Shown here: piece after piece, positions 41,577-52,745 of the stretch
Layout: each line of letters starts with the position of its first letter
How positions within the stretch are numbered: the stretch's first letter is position 1
Origin: Tricharina praecox
Taxonomy: Eukaryota
Assembly (NCBI RefSeq): GCF_024521635.1
Contig: NW_026250404.1
Location: 558,001 to 622,000 of the forward strand
Direction: 5' to 3'
Length of the DNA stretch: 64,000 nucleotides
The notes under the pieces: generated by a model
Databases searched by the model: none
Seen by the model: only the letters and a program-made list of their open reading frames with translations
Told to the model about the DNA's origin: nothing
Made by a program: the position numbers and the translations under genes

Positions 41577-44500
41577 ATGCCTTCGGCGTCTAGTCTCGAT
41601 GTAAGTAAACCCATCCATCACACACACACCCATCATCCATCCACAACCACACACCCATCCCCCCCCCCCCCCCTCAAACTACCAAACCACCACCACCATC
41701 ACACACAACCTTCTCCTCTACGCAACCGCAGTTCGAGCTGCTAAATCAACAACAGATCACTCCTCCTCTGCGCATCCTCAAAGGAAGCATCTCCGATCAA
41801 GAATCCGAGTTAGAGCTTCCGAGGTTGGGACAGCCGTTAGCAGATATCAGTCCTATGGAAGGGAGACGGAACAGCACCAACAGCAGAGTAAGCTCTCCCG
41901 AACTCTCCGAACTCCCGAACTCCCGAACCCTCCTCCCCTCCGCGATCCCTTTGCCGCGAGCGGCTTTTCGTTCGGCGCGCTTGCCGCTGCCACTCCGAGT
42001 ATTGCGCTGATTCACGAAACTCTTCAGGCTGGCGGTGATACCGACGACCTTGCCTCCTCATCCCCCTTTCCTAGTCCCTCGTCGACTGGCACCGCTACTG
42101 GTAGCGGTAACGTCAACGGTAGCGTCAACGGTGCCAATAAGACTGCTTCTACCAGAGCATTGTGGCAGGGGCGAGATCAGAAGGGTGCCCAGGACCACTC
42201 GGCGAGTGTTGCCCGTCGTTCGTCGCTCGAGAGACTTAAGCGCGCTTCGCGGGTGCAAAACAACAGCAAACTCTTCAACAAGTCGGATGCGAAAGCAGTA
42301 CGGCCAACCAGCTACCCTCAGGTCCCTCCAGCTTTCACGCCCGTGTTCTCTCGCGCAGGGTCCGTTCGCACATCTATCGCCAGCACCTCCAGTAATGCGA
42401 GTAGCAATACCACTGAACGTGGCGGCGGGTCACGGATTCCTCTGCCCCAGTCCAAGAAGTCGGAGTCAATCCAGAGATCATCGACGCCGCCCACGAACCC
42501 CCCCTTAACAGGCATCTTGCACAGCCCTATCCGCTTGGCGCCGACCAAATCATCGCTACTTTCTTCGTACAAATCCAATTCGTACGATTCCGAGGATGGT
42601 GAACCAAACCGCAGCCCGGTCCGCCGACCCAAGTCCGTGAGCTGGGATAAGGATGAGCCGCATGTTTTGGAATACGAATTGGTCACCCCTGATCCATCGG
42701 TGGATGGTTCGCCTTGCGCCGACTACGATTCAGACGAGTATGGGTACGAGGATGAGGAGGATGACTTGGAAAATACGCCCGTTATCGAGCCGGATGGATG
42801 GAGGCCAACACCGGAACCTGTCCACGATCGCGAGGAAGCATACTCGACCCCTTCGCCCAACGGTAGCAGCAGACCGTTGCCGCCGATCCCCGGTCTCCCT
42901 CGGTCCGACAGCTCAAGCCCGTCCGGTGCACGCCCGTTACCAAACCCACCACTCACGAAGGCGGAGCTGCAGAACCAATCAACGATGACCATGGAAGAAC
43001 GTATGAGGCGTATGATGGAGGGCAACGATCCCACTAGGCGACTCAGTTGGGATCCAACGAACAGAAGGAGGTCTCGCCAAGGAACCGAATTTCACGATGG
43101 CTTAGGAATCGGAGTTGACACGATACCCACGGATACACTCCTGCTGGAACATGGGAACGCGACGCGGATGGCGGAATGTAGTACATCCGACCGCGACGAA
43201 TCGTCACCAAATTCCAATCGTGAACCCGACTCGGAGAGCATCGTGACTACAAGTCAGTACGAGTCTTCGGCTTCGGCGTCCGACTACGAGCCTCCACAGC
43301 TGACACGCGAGTCGATACGCCGTCAAGTGGAAGAGCGGAGACACCAACACGCTCAGGATGAGGAGCATGCGAGGGGCGGACGCGAGAGTCCACGCTATTA
43401 CTACTCCTCCTCGGAGTCCAGACACGACGACGAAGAAAGCTTTGTTAAGGACGAGCCCACCACTGACGAGGAGGGGGATATGTATGCGCCCCCAGATATG
43501 CGTAACGTACGACCTGCTTCACGGTTTGCTACGAGATCCCCAGATACCGATGTGGTTACCGAGTCGGAAGCGTCTTTGTACGAGGATGGCGACGACGAGG
43601 AATCGCAGTACAGTGTCCCAGAAGAAGGAGCGCATGACATCATTGAGGAGGAGGGAGAGGAGGAGGAGCAGCCAGACACCCCGCGTCAAGGAACCACTCC
43701 TGTTCCTGGTAGTCCGGCAAGCCTTGCCACCGACTCTACTCAATCTTCTTTGGCGTTGGAGAATAAGCTTATGGACTTACATCTAGATAATGAGGAAAAC
43801 AAGAGGGTCAGCCTACCGGATTTCTCGTCCATATTAGACGATGGATTGGGACTTGGAAAGTACATGACCCCCGCGTCTCCGGCGATTGTTGCGGCCAAGG
43901 AGGTGAAGGAGAAGGAAGAGGAGGCAGTCGAGGGACCGTCGACCAGCACTGCGAGAGAGTTTTTCGATGAGGATATGTCTGAACGCGCTCCTTCGGACGA
44001 AGAGTCGGACACCGGCTCGGTTATTCGGCACAAGATTGAGTACTCGGACGATGATGAGGATTATGAGGATGAAGATTCCGATGAGGATGCTCAAAACGGC
44101 GGGGTTCCAACCACGAGGTCGCCTTCTCCAGTTGCCGAGTCCATCGCGACTATTCGCGCGCCTGGCGGTAAACTCAAGACGAGGGCAAGTGCCACACCGG
44201 CGGATATTGCGTCGATGGCGGCAGCGCGACGACACGTGAGCGGCGACCATCGCAACCCCCCTCCGGTTCCCCGGATACCCAATGGCTATAGGAGCGAGGG
44301 CGACAGTGAGACCGGAGACAGCAGTGGTGGCGAGGACTCTGCAGGTGTTGCGGCCGGTCAGTCAGACGGAGAAACAGTGAGCAGGAGGGTTTCTGGCGCA
44401 CGGAGACGGAAGATTTCCTCGACGCTTCCCGCCTTGGGCGAGTTTGAATTTGACCTCAAGCTTGATGATTTGAACGATGAGTTTGACCGTGTGATCGAGA

Positions 44501-46426
44501 AGCAGAAGGTACAGTATTATCTAGTCGTATGTGTGTGCGTGTAGGCTTTGGCTAACTGTCGTGTTTGTAGCGTGGTTATCTGATGAGGCAGAACACCAAA
44601 GTCATTCATGCTTCGGAACGAGGTCCCGATGATGAGGTCCCAACTCTCGATCGTCCTGGTCATGCCCGTGGTCAGTCCTGGTCCGTTGAGCCGTGGCGAT
44701 CGAACCGAAGACGCAGTCACCGTGACTCCAGTCTGCGAAAGCGCCCCTCGAATGGGGGACCCGTGCCGCCGCTGCCTGGAAGGGAAAGCAGTGTCACCAC
44801 CAGCAATCGACTCGCGAGCGTCAGTGAGACTACCAGATCCAGCAGTATGGGATCGGTTGAGGGTGACAACGTGGAAAGGGGACGGTTATTCGTCAAAGTC
44901 CTCGGTGTTAAAGACCTTACGCTTCCGCTGCCGCAAGGACAGCCGACTTATTTCTGCCTCACTTTGGACAATGGCTTGCACTGCGTGACCACTTCGTGGC
45001 TCGAGCTTGGAAAGAATGCCCCGATTGGCCAGGAATTCGAACTGTAAGTTTTTTTCCCTCTGAAGTGTCCTATCTAGATCCCCAAACTAACAACGTTGCA
45101 GTGTCGTTCTGAACGATCTCGAGTTCCAGTTGACCCTGCAGACCAAATTGGAGCAGCCTCCGCAGTTGCCACCAAAGACCGCCACGAAAGCTCCAGTCGT
45201 CCCCAAGCTGAAGCAGTCCACCTTCAGCAAAGTGTTCTCCACGCCCAAGAAGAGAAAGCAGCTCGAGCTTCAGCATCAACAACAGCAGCAGGCAGTGCAA
45301 CAGCAGCAGCAACAGTTGCAATTGCAGCGTCAACAGAGTCAGGAATCGACCCCTGCCACCGCATGGGATCTGCTCCATGGTCTGGTTGCCCGTGATGGTT
45401 CTTTTGCTCGCTCCTACGTCTCTCTCAAGGACTTTGAAAGCCGGGCCTACGGAAGGCCCCTCACCACCGACATCCATTGTTTTAACGAGTGGGCGGTAGA
45501 CACGGCTAGCATCAAGGGAAAGAAGGGGATGCAAGGCGGCTTGCAGCCCGCGAGAAAGGCTCCCTACAAGATCGGAAAACTGGAAGTGCAGCTTTTGTTC
45601 GTGCCGAAGCCAAAGGGATCGTCCGATGTGAGTATCTCCACCCGTAATGAGAATAGGACTTGGTCACTGACAATTTCACAGAAGGATCTTCCGAAGAGCT
45701 TGAACACCGCCATCAGGGAGTTGAGAGAAGCAGAGTCGATCATGACTCGTGAATGGGAAGGCAACCTTTCGCAGCAGGGAGGAGACTGTCCAGTAAGTTC
45801 CAAATCATTCGTTCATCCGTTTTGACTGTATTCTAATATGCATTTAGTTCTGGCGTCGGAGATATTTTAAGCTGAAGGGCGCTCGCCTAACGGCCTACCA
45901 CGAAGCCACTCGCCAGCCCCGTGCCACCATCAACCTGAGCAAAGCGGTCAAACTCATCGACGACCGTCGTACTCTTGTCGAGAACACGGTAGCTGGACCT
46001 GGCAAGACGAGGAGAAAGTCGGGCTTTTCGGAAGACGAGGAAGGCTACATGTTCGTCGAGGAGGGGTTCCGTGTTAGGTTCGCAAACGGGGAGGTTATCG
46101 ATTTCTACGCCGATTCCGCCCAAGAGAAGCGGGACTGGCTCAAGATCCTCGGCGAGACGATCGGACACGTTCCCGACTCGCGCGGATGGTGTCAAGTGGT
46201 TTTGGCCAAGGAGGCGAAGGCCAGAGCAGAACGCGAGAAGCACGAGTCAGCAGCCGAAAAGCTACGCACCGCCCAGCAGCAGATGAGACAACACCCACGG
46301 GTATCGATTCAGCCGCCGCCCATCCCCAACAACCGCATGTCCCACGGCCCTGGTAATCGACTCGCACCACCACCAAACGCGGCCCGACGACCATTACCGA
46401 CTGGTCAACCGCAAGGTTACCGATGA
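41577..46426 (+). CDS. BUD4: Bud4/anillin-like septin-ring landmark protein (exons 41577-41600, 41756-41887, 42028-44508, 44571-45043, 45102-45627, 45682-45792, 45848-46426)
   Basis: Long acidic disordered N-terminus. Conserved blocks EFDRVIEKQKRGYLMRQNTKVIHAS and GRLFVKVLGVKDL..FCLTLDNGLHCVTT..IGQEFEL (anillin-homology region). C-terminal PH domain QQGGDCPFWRRRYF..FANGEVIDFYAD. All introns are in phase. Confidence 0.9.
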
Positions 46427-47003
46427 TCCGCATCTACTTTGCCATTTCCTTAGCCTTTTGTTTGTCACTGGTTTGGCCCTTGGGTTGTCTGCGTTTGGAT
46501 CACAATTTCGTTTGCATTCCATTTCCATTTTTTCATGTGTATCTCATAGGGGTTTTGGGTCATTTCATCATTTTCGTTTCATCACTTGCATTTCAACTGT
46601 ACCATTTGTGTTGTATTTTTGTGCCCTTGTATTTGTGTCCCATTTTCGAGTGTGTAAGGTGAATTGTGTTTGATTACGGCGCTGTCTACTTCATTTTTTT
46701 TACCTCATATTTTGCTTTAAGTGCTTTTCAGCTTTTCAGCTTTTTTGCCTTTTCCTTTTTTTTTTCTTACTGTAATGGTGTTTGTGTGTTCTGTTCTCTC
46801 TTGTCATAAGCGGGGCGGGTTTTCCTACTTTTTTTTCTTCTATCTACAGCGAAAAGTTCCTAGGTATAGATCGTACAGATCACCGCTAACACTGCTATAC
46901 CACTACCATACCACTACCGTACTACATGCCGATAACAATAACAACCTGTTTGCGTTGTAATTATATGTTCTGCTCGTGATTTCGTGATGTGAGGTGATGT
47001 GAT

Positions 47004-47069
47004 GTGGTGGAATGTGGTGGAATGTGGTGGAATGTGGTGGAATGTGGTGGAATGTGGTGGAATGTGGTG
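47004..47069. repeat. 10-bp minisatellite (TGTGGTGGAA) x ~6
   Basis: Direct inspection. Confidence 0.9.
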
Positions 47070-47997
47070 GGATGTGATATGGCGGTGGGGTTCGTGATAC
47101 TTGTAGGTTGACTGGCCGGTTGTTGGGGCAGTTGGGCTTTGATAGTTTGTTTCAGAGATTTGATCTGACTCGTGACGAAAGACAGAGAACATCAATTTAT
47201 TGTTGACTTGTGCCAAATACCTACGATACCATAGAGCTTTGGTCAGATTCGTCGAGCTGCCGCGAGTGATAAACCACTAAAATACTGCGAAGATAACTAC
47301 CCCTTAGTCGCATCTGATGTCACGCTTCTACGGTATGGTGAATTGATTCACTGGTGACTGCATAAGTACTTACTTGGAGTTTTCGTATGATAGATTGGAA
47401 AATAAGAACGCAACGCAATCTCTGGAGTCTGTTGCGACTTGCATTACCTATTGCACTCTGCAGGATCATAGACTCATAGCATCACTCGCCTCCCGAATCC
47501 CCCCATGTGACAAGAAGCTTCGCTATTCTAGTAGCACTCTGTCGTCACTCCAAGTTATGGAGGAACCACCAAACAAAGTTCCATATCCATTCTGATGCCA
47601 CACAGCCGGCCAATAGAGAACCTCTCGTGTGAGGAGGGAGCGAAGCGGTAGACTCTGGAGATACCGGCATGTCGGAGAAGCTTGAGCGAAGGCTCTCACG
47701 GTCAAGTTTCAACACCATGCAACACCCGCGATTTGAGCCCAACATTGAACAGTATACATTGCTGCTACATATTGCCCCACAAAGAAAGCTACTTCACCCT
47801 CCCCGAAACCGAGGGCCGTCCCTCGAACGCATCTCCTCCTCGTTGATATCCTCCTCCTCCTCTTCCTCCTCCTCCTCTGCGCTCTCTTTATCTTCGGTTA
47901 TCTTCTCTTTTTCATCCTCCCATGATCTAGATAGTTCGCATGCAATCAATGAATGAATAAAACAAAAAAAAAACAAATTGATTTCTCCTTCTCCTCC

Positions 47998-48730
47998 TCA
48001 TTTTCCTTTTTCTCTTCGGCTCTCTTCTCTTTTACATCCTCCTCCTTCCCCCACAGGGCTCATCATCCGTAGATAGTGTTTGTGCCGGCGTATCTTGCTG
48101 CCGTTCATCGTGTTCGTTTGCGGAGGAGGACTCGTGTGCGGAGCTTTTGTAGCGGATATCGAGTCGTCGGTTGGTGGAATGGGGAAGAAACGAAAGGTGG
48201 AATGGATCGCCGGATTCTCCGGACGAACCACCACAACCAGCCATATCGGCGGTTGCTGTTGTTGCTTCCGCCGGTACGGCAGCTGCAGCTGCGGTGGGAA
48301 CCTCAGCCCCAAACAAGACATGGTAACTCCCTGGAAACAACCGAAAGTATCCTTGGAGAGGTTCACCAGTCCGTCCAACACACGGGCAATGGTGCGACCA
48401 AAGCTCGTGATGCAGGTGCCGAAGCCGCTTGGAGATTCATCGAGCTGGGCGTAGCCCTCTTCCGCCCTGCGAGCAGCCTCTTGTGAATCCCGTCAGCATG
48501 ATCATCAACCAATGATGATGCGCGGGGAAGGGAGTAGTAGACATACCTCAGTGGCCAATGCTCATGCTGGGGAGGTTGTCGAAGTCCCGGGGGTCTATCC
48601 TGAGTAGGTCAGCATAGCGTTCTAGTGCGGCTGGGTTCACAAGGTTAAAGGGACAGGGAACTTACAGCAGACCACCCGTGGAGGACACCTCCGAAGAGCT
48701 GTCGCACTCGTCTAGATTCAGGGTTGGCAT
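47998..48730 (-). pseudogene. Spliced orphan gene model with one premature TGA (exons 48730-48666, 48599-48547, 48479-47998)
   Basis: Two textbook introns (GTAAGT..GCTGAC..CAG; GTATGT..GCTGAC..AAG) keep one frame from ATG 48730 to the stop at 47998, except for TGA at 48550-48548. Confidence 0.5.
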
Positions 48731-49712
48731 TGTCGTCTTCTTAGGTGGTAGATGCCGAAGAGAGGAATGATGACGGGCTCATCTAAGTTGAGCGTTGGAA
48801 TTGTCTTGTTGGTCACGGGTACTGCCTCAAAGGCATGTTGTGTGGGTGATATATGCCCCGGAGGGCTGGGGGAAAATGAGAAAATGGAAGCAAGGAGGAA
48901 GATGTAGGATGGGATGAAGGAGGGGGGAGGTGACAAGGTAGAGAAGTGGAGAGGGGGAGGTGGGAAGGTAGAGAAGTGGAGAGGAAGGATGGGAGGATGG
49001 ATAGATGGATGGATGGGAGGAAGGAAGGGAGCGAGGGAGAGAGGGAGAGAGGGAGAGAGGGAGAGAGCGAGCAAGGTGTGTGTGTTATGCGTGGGGGGTT
49101 GAACCCGAAGCCAGTCACACGCAGCGAGGGCTACGATGTAAGGCGATGCCCTTATAAGTTCTGCCATTTCCAGTTGTGGACGCATGCAGCAATGCCGAAC
49201 AATCAAAACAAACCAAAACAAACGTCACCGTCTAGACTCCAACCTCCAACACTTTCGTATGGCACGGTTGGGATACCGGTGAGGATATCCGGTACATAGG
49301 GTAGTTGGTTAATGTAGCCCTAGCAATCACATGTACGGCCTTCCCAGAGGTGTATGGATTCTCACCCAGACCCGACGAACGATGGAATGGATGACAAGAG
49401 ACGACGTGATGGATAGAACTAGATGTTAGGCTCCTGTAAAGTATAGAGTAGATTTCGTCATATAATCGAATTAAGGCTCTACTAGTAGGTGAATCTTGTG
49501 TCGTTTCATTCTCAAAGTTTTTTTCTTCTTCTTTTACGTGTTGCAAGAATGTTGGTCTCAAGGGCCCGGTATGTACCAAAGATACTGCACATAACTGGCA
49601 TCACATACTATACTCTCGATAACTGATTGAAGAGGTCAAGTGGATGGCGGCTTGACCGCGCCGACGACGACATTCCTGCTGTAGCCTCACTCGCGATCAC
49701 TCACCTGAACTA

Positions 49713-50658
49713 CCGTATAATCTCGGATAACCGTCCGGTGGGTGAAATGGATTTAGCGCCATGAAGCGCTCACTAGCGTTAATCGGTTTAGCGCCGGCGC
49801 GGCAATAGAACATCAGCTGATTAGGTCGGTGAGGCTGAACCTCCTGAAGCATCGTGGGAATGGTAGATGCAGAGCTTTGCAGTGCACCCTACAAACATCA
49901 AGTCGCTAGAAATCACGGAAACCATAATGGGGATCAACGAGATCACCTTTCCTACGAGAATAGCACACGCCGACACAGTCATATTGGAATTCGCAGCTCT
50001 TGTTCTCACATCTACGATTGAAGATGCTCCTGACAACGACAGCGATGAAGACAACAATATCGGACTGATCGCTCGTCAAAGATGTCTACTCTACAAGGCC
50101 CAGTGGGTGCGCTCTCGACAGGCTCAGTTGACGCGTCCTCAGCAGCAGTCTTGGTGGTCACGCTCGTGGGAGGCTCAGTGGACGCGTGCTTGCCAGGCTC
50201 GGCGGATGTGCTCTCGGCAGGTTAAGTGGGGTGCTCTTGACGGATTCGTTGGGCGTGCCCGTGGAAGGTTCAGTGGACCCATCTTCAGCAGGCTCAGCGG
50301 TCACTCTCTCAGCGGGCATGGGAAAACATGCGCGTTCCAGTTGAACCAGTAGTAGCCAGGAGAAGTAGCCGACTGGAGGAGTAGGTAGGCAGTATTTGGT
50401 TGTAGAGCTGTTTCCTAACATTAGCTATACAGAAGATGATGTTATGGAAGTCTGTTGGAAAGAATCGGTCTGAAGTTGGATGCTCTGCATGTGTAGAAAC
50501 ATCACGGGGATTTTGCGCTAGTAATTTTGATACTGACTAAGCGCCAAGCGCTCCAAAACCTGCGTATAACGGCGCAAGCCAGTTAAAAAGCGCGCCAAGC
50601 CTGCGTGTAACAGCGCTAAATGCTCAAACGGACCGGACGGTTATCCGAGATTATACGG
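49713..50658. mobile_element. Non-autonomous TIR DNA transposon (Tc1/mariner-pogo-like), 946 bp, TA target-site duplication
   Basis: TA|CCGTATAATCTCGGATAACCGTCCGGT (49713-49739) and the exact reverse complement ACCGGACGGTTATCCGAGATTATACGG|TA (50632-50658). Subterminal ATTTAGCGC/GCGCTAAAT match. No transposase ORF. Confidence 0.9.
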
Positions 50659-51359
50659 TATAGTTGGCATCTGGAAGATATTATCGCACAGGATTGCTTT
50701 CGTCATAGTCTAGATAGGCTACATGTGCAATAAAACAGGAAAATCTCTCTCTCTCTCTCTCACAGGATTGGGGGTTGCATATGGTACCTACGGTGCTAGG
50801 CTGGTGAAGCATTGTAGCAAGTAAGTATACAGTACTTGGCAACTATCATGTACCCTCATAGTTGGTGTCGTTTTGGATACCGGCTACGAATTCTGATTGC
50901 GTACCCCCCCCCCAAGATCGCAGAAACTGAGTTTCCGGACTTTTTCGGTGGCTGCACACACTTTGCCCCAGGTATATAATAAAAAAAAGTGAGAGTTAAA
51001 GGGCTGTCTTTCATACTGACTTCCCACACCTGAAGCCTGTTAATATTGGCCGATGAGATGGACGATAAATAGCGGTTGAGAACGGGAGCGTTTGAGGCCC
51101 GCATCAAACCTCGACATGTCTGTCTGACAGAAACCTGCGCCACAAACCACGCAAGATCTCTTATGCTCCCTCATCTTCCAACGATGACTCATCTCAGGGC
51201 AACGGCCGGCGGAACAAAACCACAGCAAATCACAGCAAATCACTCGCCCGCGCCCCCTCCCCACGTTTTGCTCCCCCGCCGCCCCCGTCGCCCCAGAAGG
51301 GCCAGGCAGATACTTTCGAGTTCCACCCGATTGAATCTACGATATCGCCGCACGCACAA

Positions 51360-51560
51360 GACCACCCTCGACGGTTGGTACCAGCTCTGGCCCTGCTTGG
51401 TTCGAGGTCGGAAAGAAGTCCCAGATGTATCCGTGGTCGTGGCCGGCCAAGTAGTGGAATTTGAAACCTTGTTCGGTGGGCTTGCTCGGCATTTTGTAGG
51501 TGTCTAGCCAACGTCTTGTAAGGAGGATCGGCGCGGGTCGAAGGTAGTGGTTGTTGAACT
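51360..51560 (-). mobile_element. Degenerate piggyBac-like transposase fragment, copy 1
   Basis: Reverse strand translates to DTYKMPSKPTEQGFKFHYLAGHDHGYIWDFFPTSNQAGP, which fits the piggyBac Y.P.KP.K.G.K...L.D..GY...F block. Confidence 0.65.
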
Positions 51561-51744
51561 GAGGGCATACGGTGCTTCTTCGCCTTACGGAATTTTCATA
51601 CTGGAGACACGATGGCCTTAAACGGATTCACCAGACGAGTGAGTACACGAGTCAGGCCCGGTTCGAGCAGATAAAGAGATATCCTCCACGCATCTTCAGG
51701 TGGAATCCAAACCGTTACCAACCGGTAGACGACCATGACATATC

Positions 51745-52030
51745 CGAGTCCAAGCCGCTCCAATTCAGTCACAGCATCGGTCTGTCCAGTGCCCGAAGTA
51801 TCGTATGCCATCAACAAACACTGCTATCGACTCGCGAAGATCCTCCTTACAGGACGTTCGGCAGATACCTACAAGACACCGAGCAAGCCGATCAAGCAAG
51901 GTTTTAAGTTCCACTACCTACCTAGCCGACCACGACCACGGTTACATCGGGGATTTCCTTCTGACGTCGAATCAAGCTGGGCCGGATCAGGGGCTAAACG
52001 TTGAGGGTCTTGCAGCTACAGAGAAGATTG
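51745..52030 (+). mobile_element. Degenerate piggyBac-like transposase fragment, copy 2 (frameshifted)
   Basis: PSTNTAID / TGRSADTYKTPSKPIKQGFKFHYL / ADHDHGYIGDFLLTSNQAGP across frameshifts. Resembles the piggyBac catalytic region (..AIDE.M..F.GR..). Confidence 0.65.
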
Positions 52031-52539
52031 TGGTGTGTGGGAAGGTGTCGTAGGTTCAGTTGGGTGGAACGAGAAGGTGGCTGGCGATGAAGGAGGAGAT
52101 GAGGGAGCCGAATGTGGGTATTGTGATATCGAGTCGTTCACTCCTTGGGCGGTCGTTTCTAAGGTGGTTACTCGGTCCTGACTCCTGAGGGCGGCGGCGG
52201 CGGACACTAGCCACCTATCAACCTTCTTGTATGTCCTCTCGAGGCCTTCAGATTCTTCCGATTCATTCATACTTTCCAACGGGTTATGCGCCCGGCCCAG
52301 CTCTATCAAAACAATATCTTCCAATTCAGTCACCTACCTATCCTCATTACCCACCATCATCCTGAGACAATCACGATACTCGGAAGCCTCGCATATCCGC
52401 ATATCCGCAATCCTCTCAGCGATGCTCGCACTCAAGATCGTTCGATACCGGCGAAGAAACCGAAAACGCCCTGCCTGCCTGCCGGATCGGAAACTCCGCT
52501 ACGAACGTCGTCGTGAAACGAGAAAGCTTCAAAAAGCGA

Positions 52540-52745
52540 CAAGCTCTAGCCGCCGCCGCCATCCTGCTATCCTACTATCCTGCACCCACCTACGCTTGCG
52601 AAGGAACTCGGCAGACTGCAGTGCGGCCTCATTTGGCCGGCGTGTCACGATCAAAAACGCCCGTCCAAAACCCGATGAGAGCATATCAGCATATCTCACC
52701 CGAGTCCGACTGGAGGATATGCGAGTTCAGCTAGCCAGCCGGAAC
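52540..52745 (+). mobile_element. Possible Ty1/copia gag remnant
   Basis: IKNARPKPDESISAYLTRVRLEDMRVQLAS resembles the copia gag (UBN2-type) 'ESI..Y..R...L..QL' motif. No LTR or pol seen. Confidence 0.4.

Noticed and set aside
49867..50352. 161-aa + strand ORF in the TIR element as a transposase
   Set aside because: No HTH or DDE/DDD motifs and too short.
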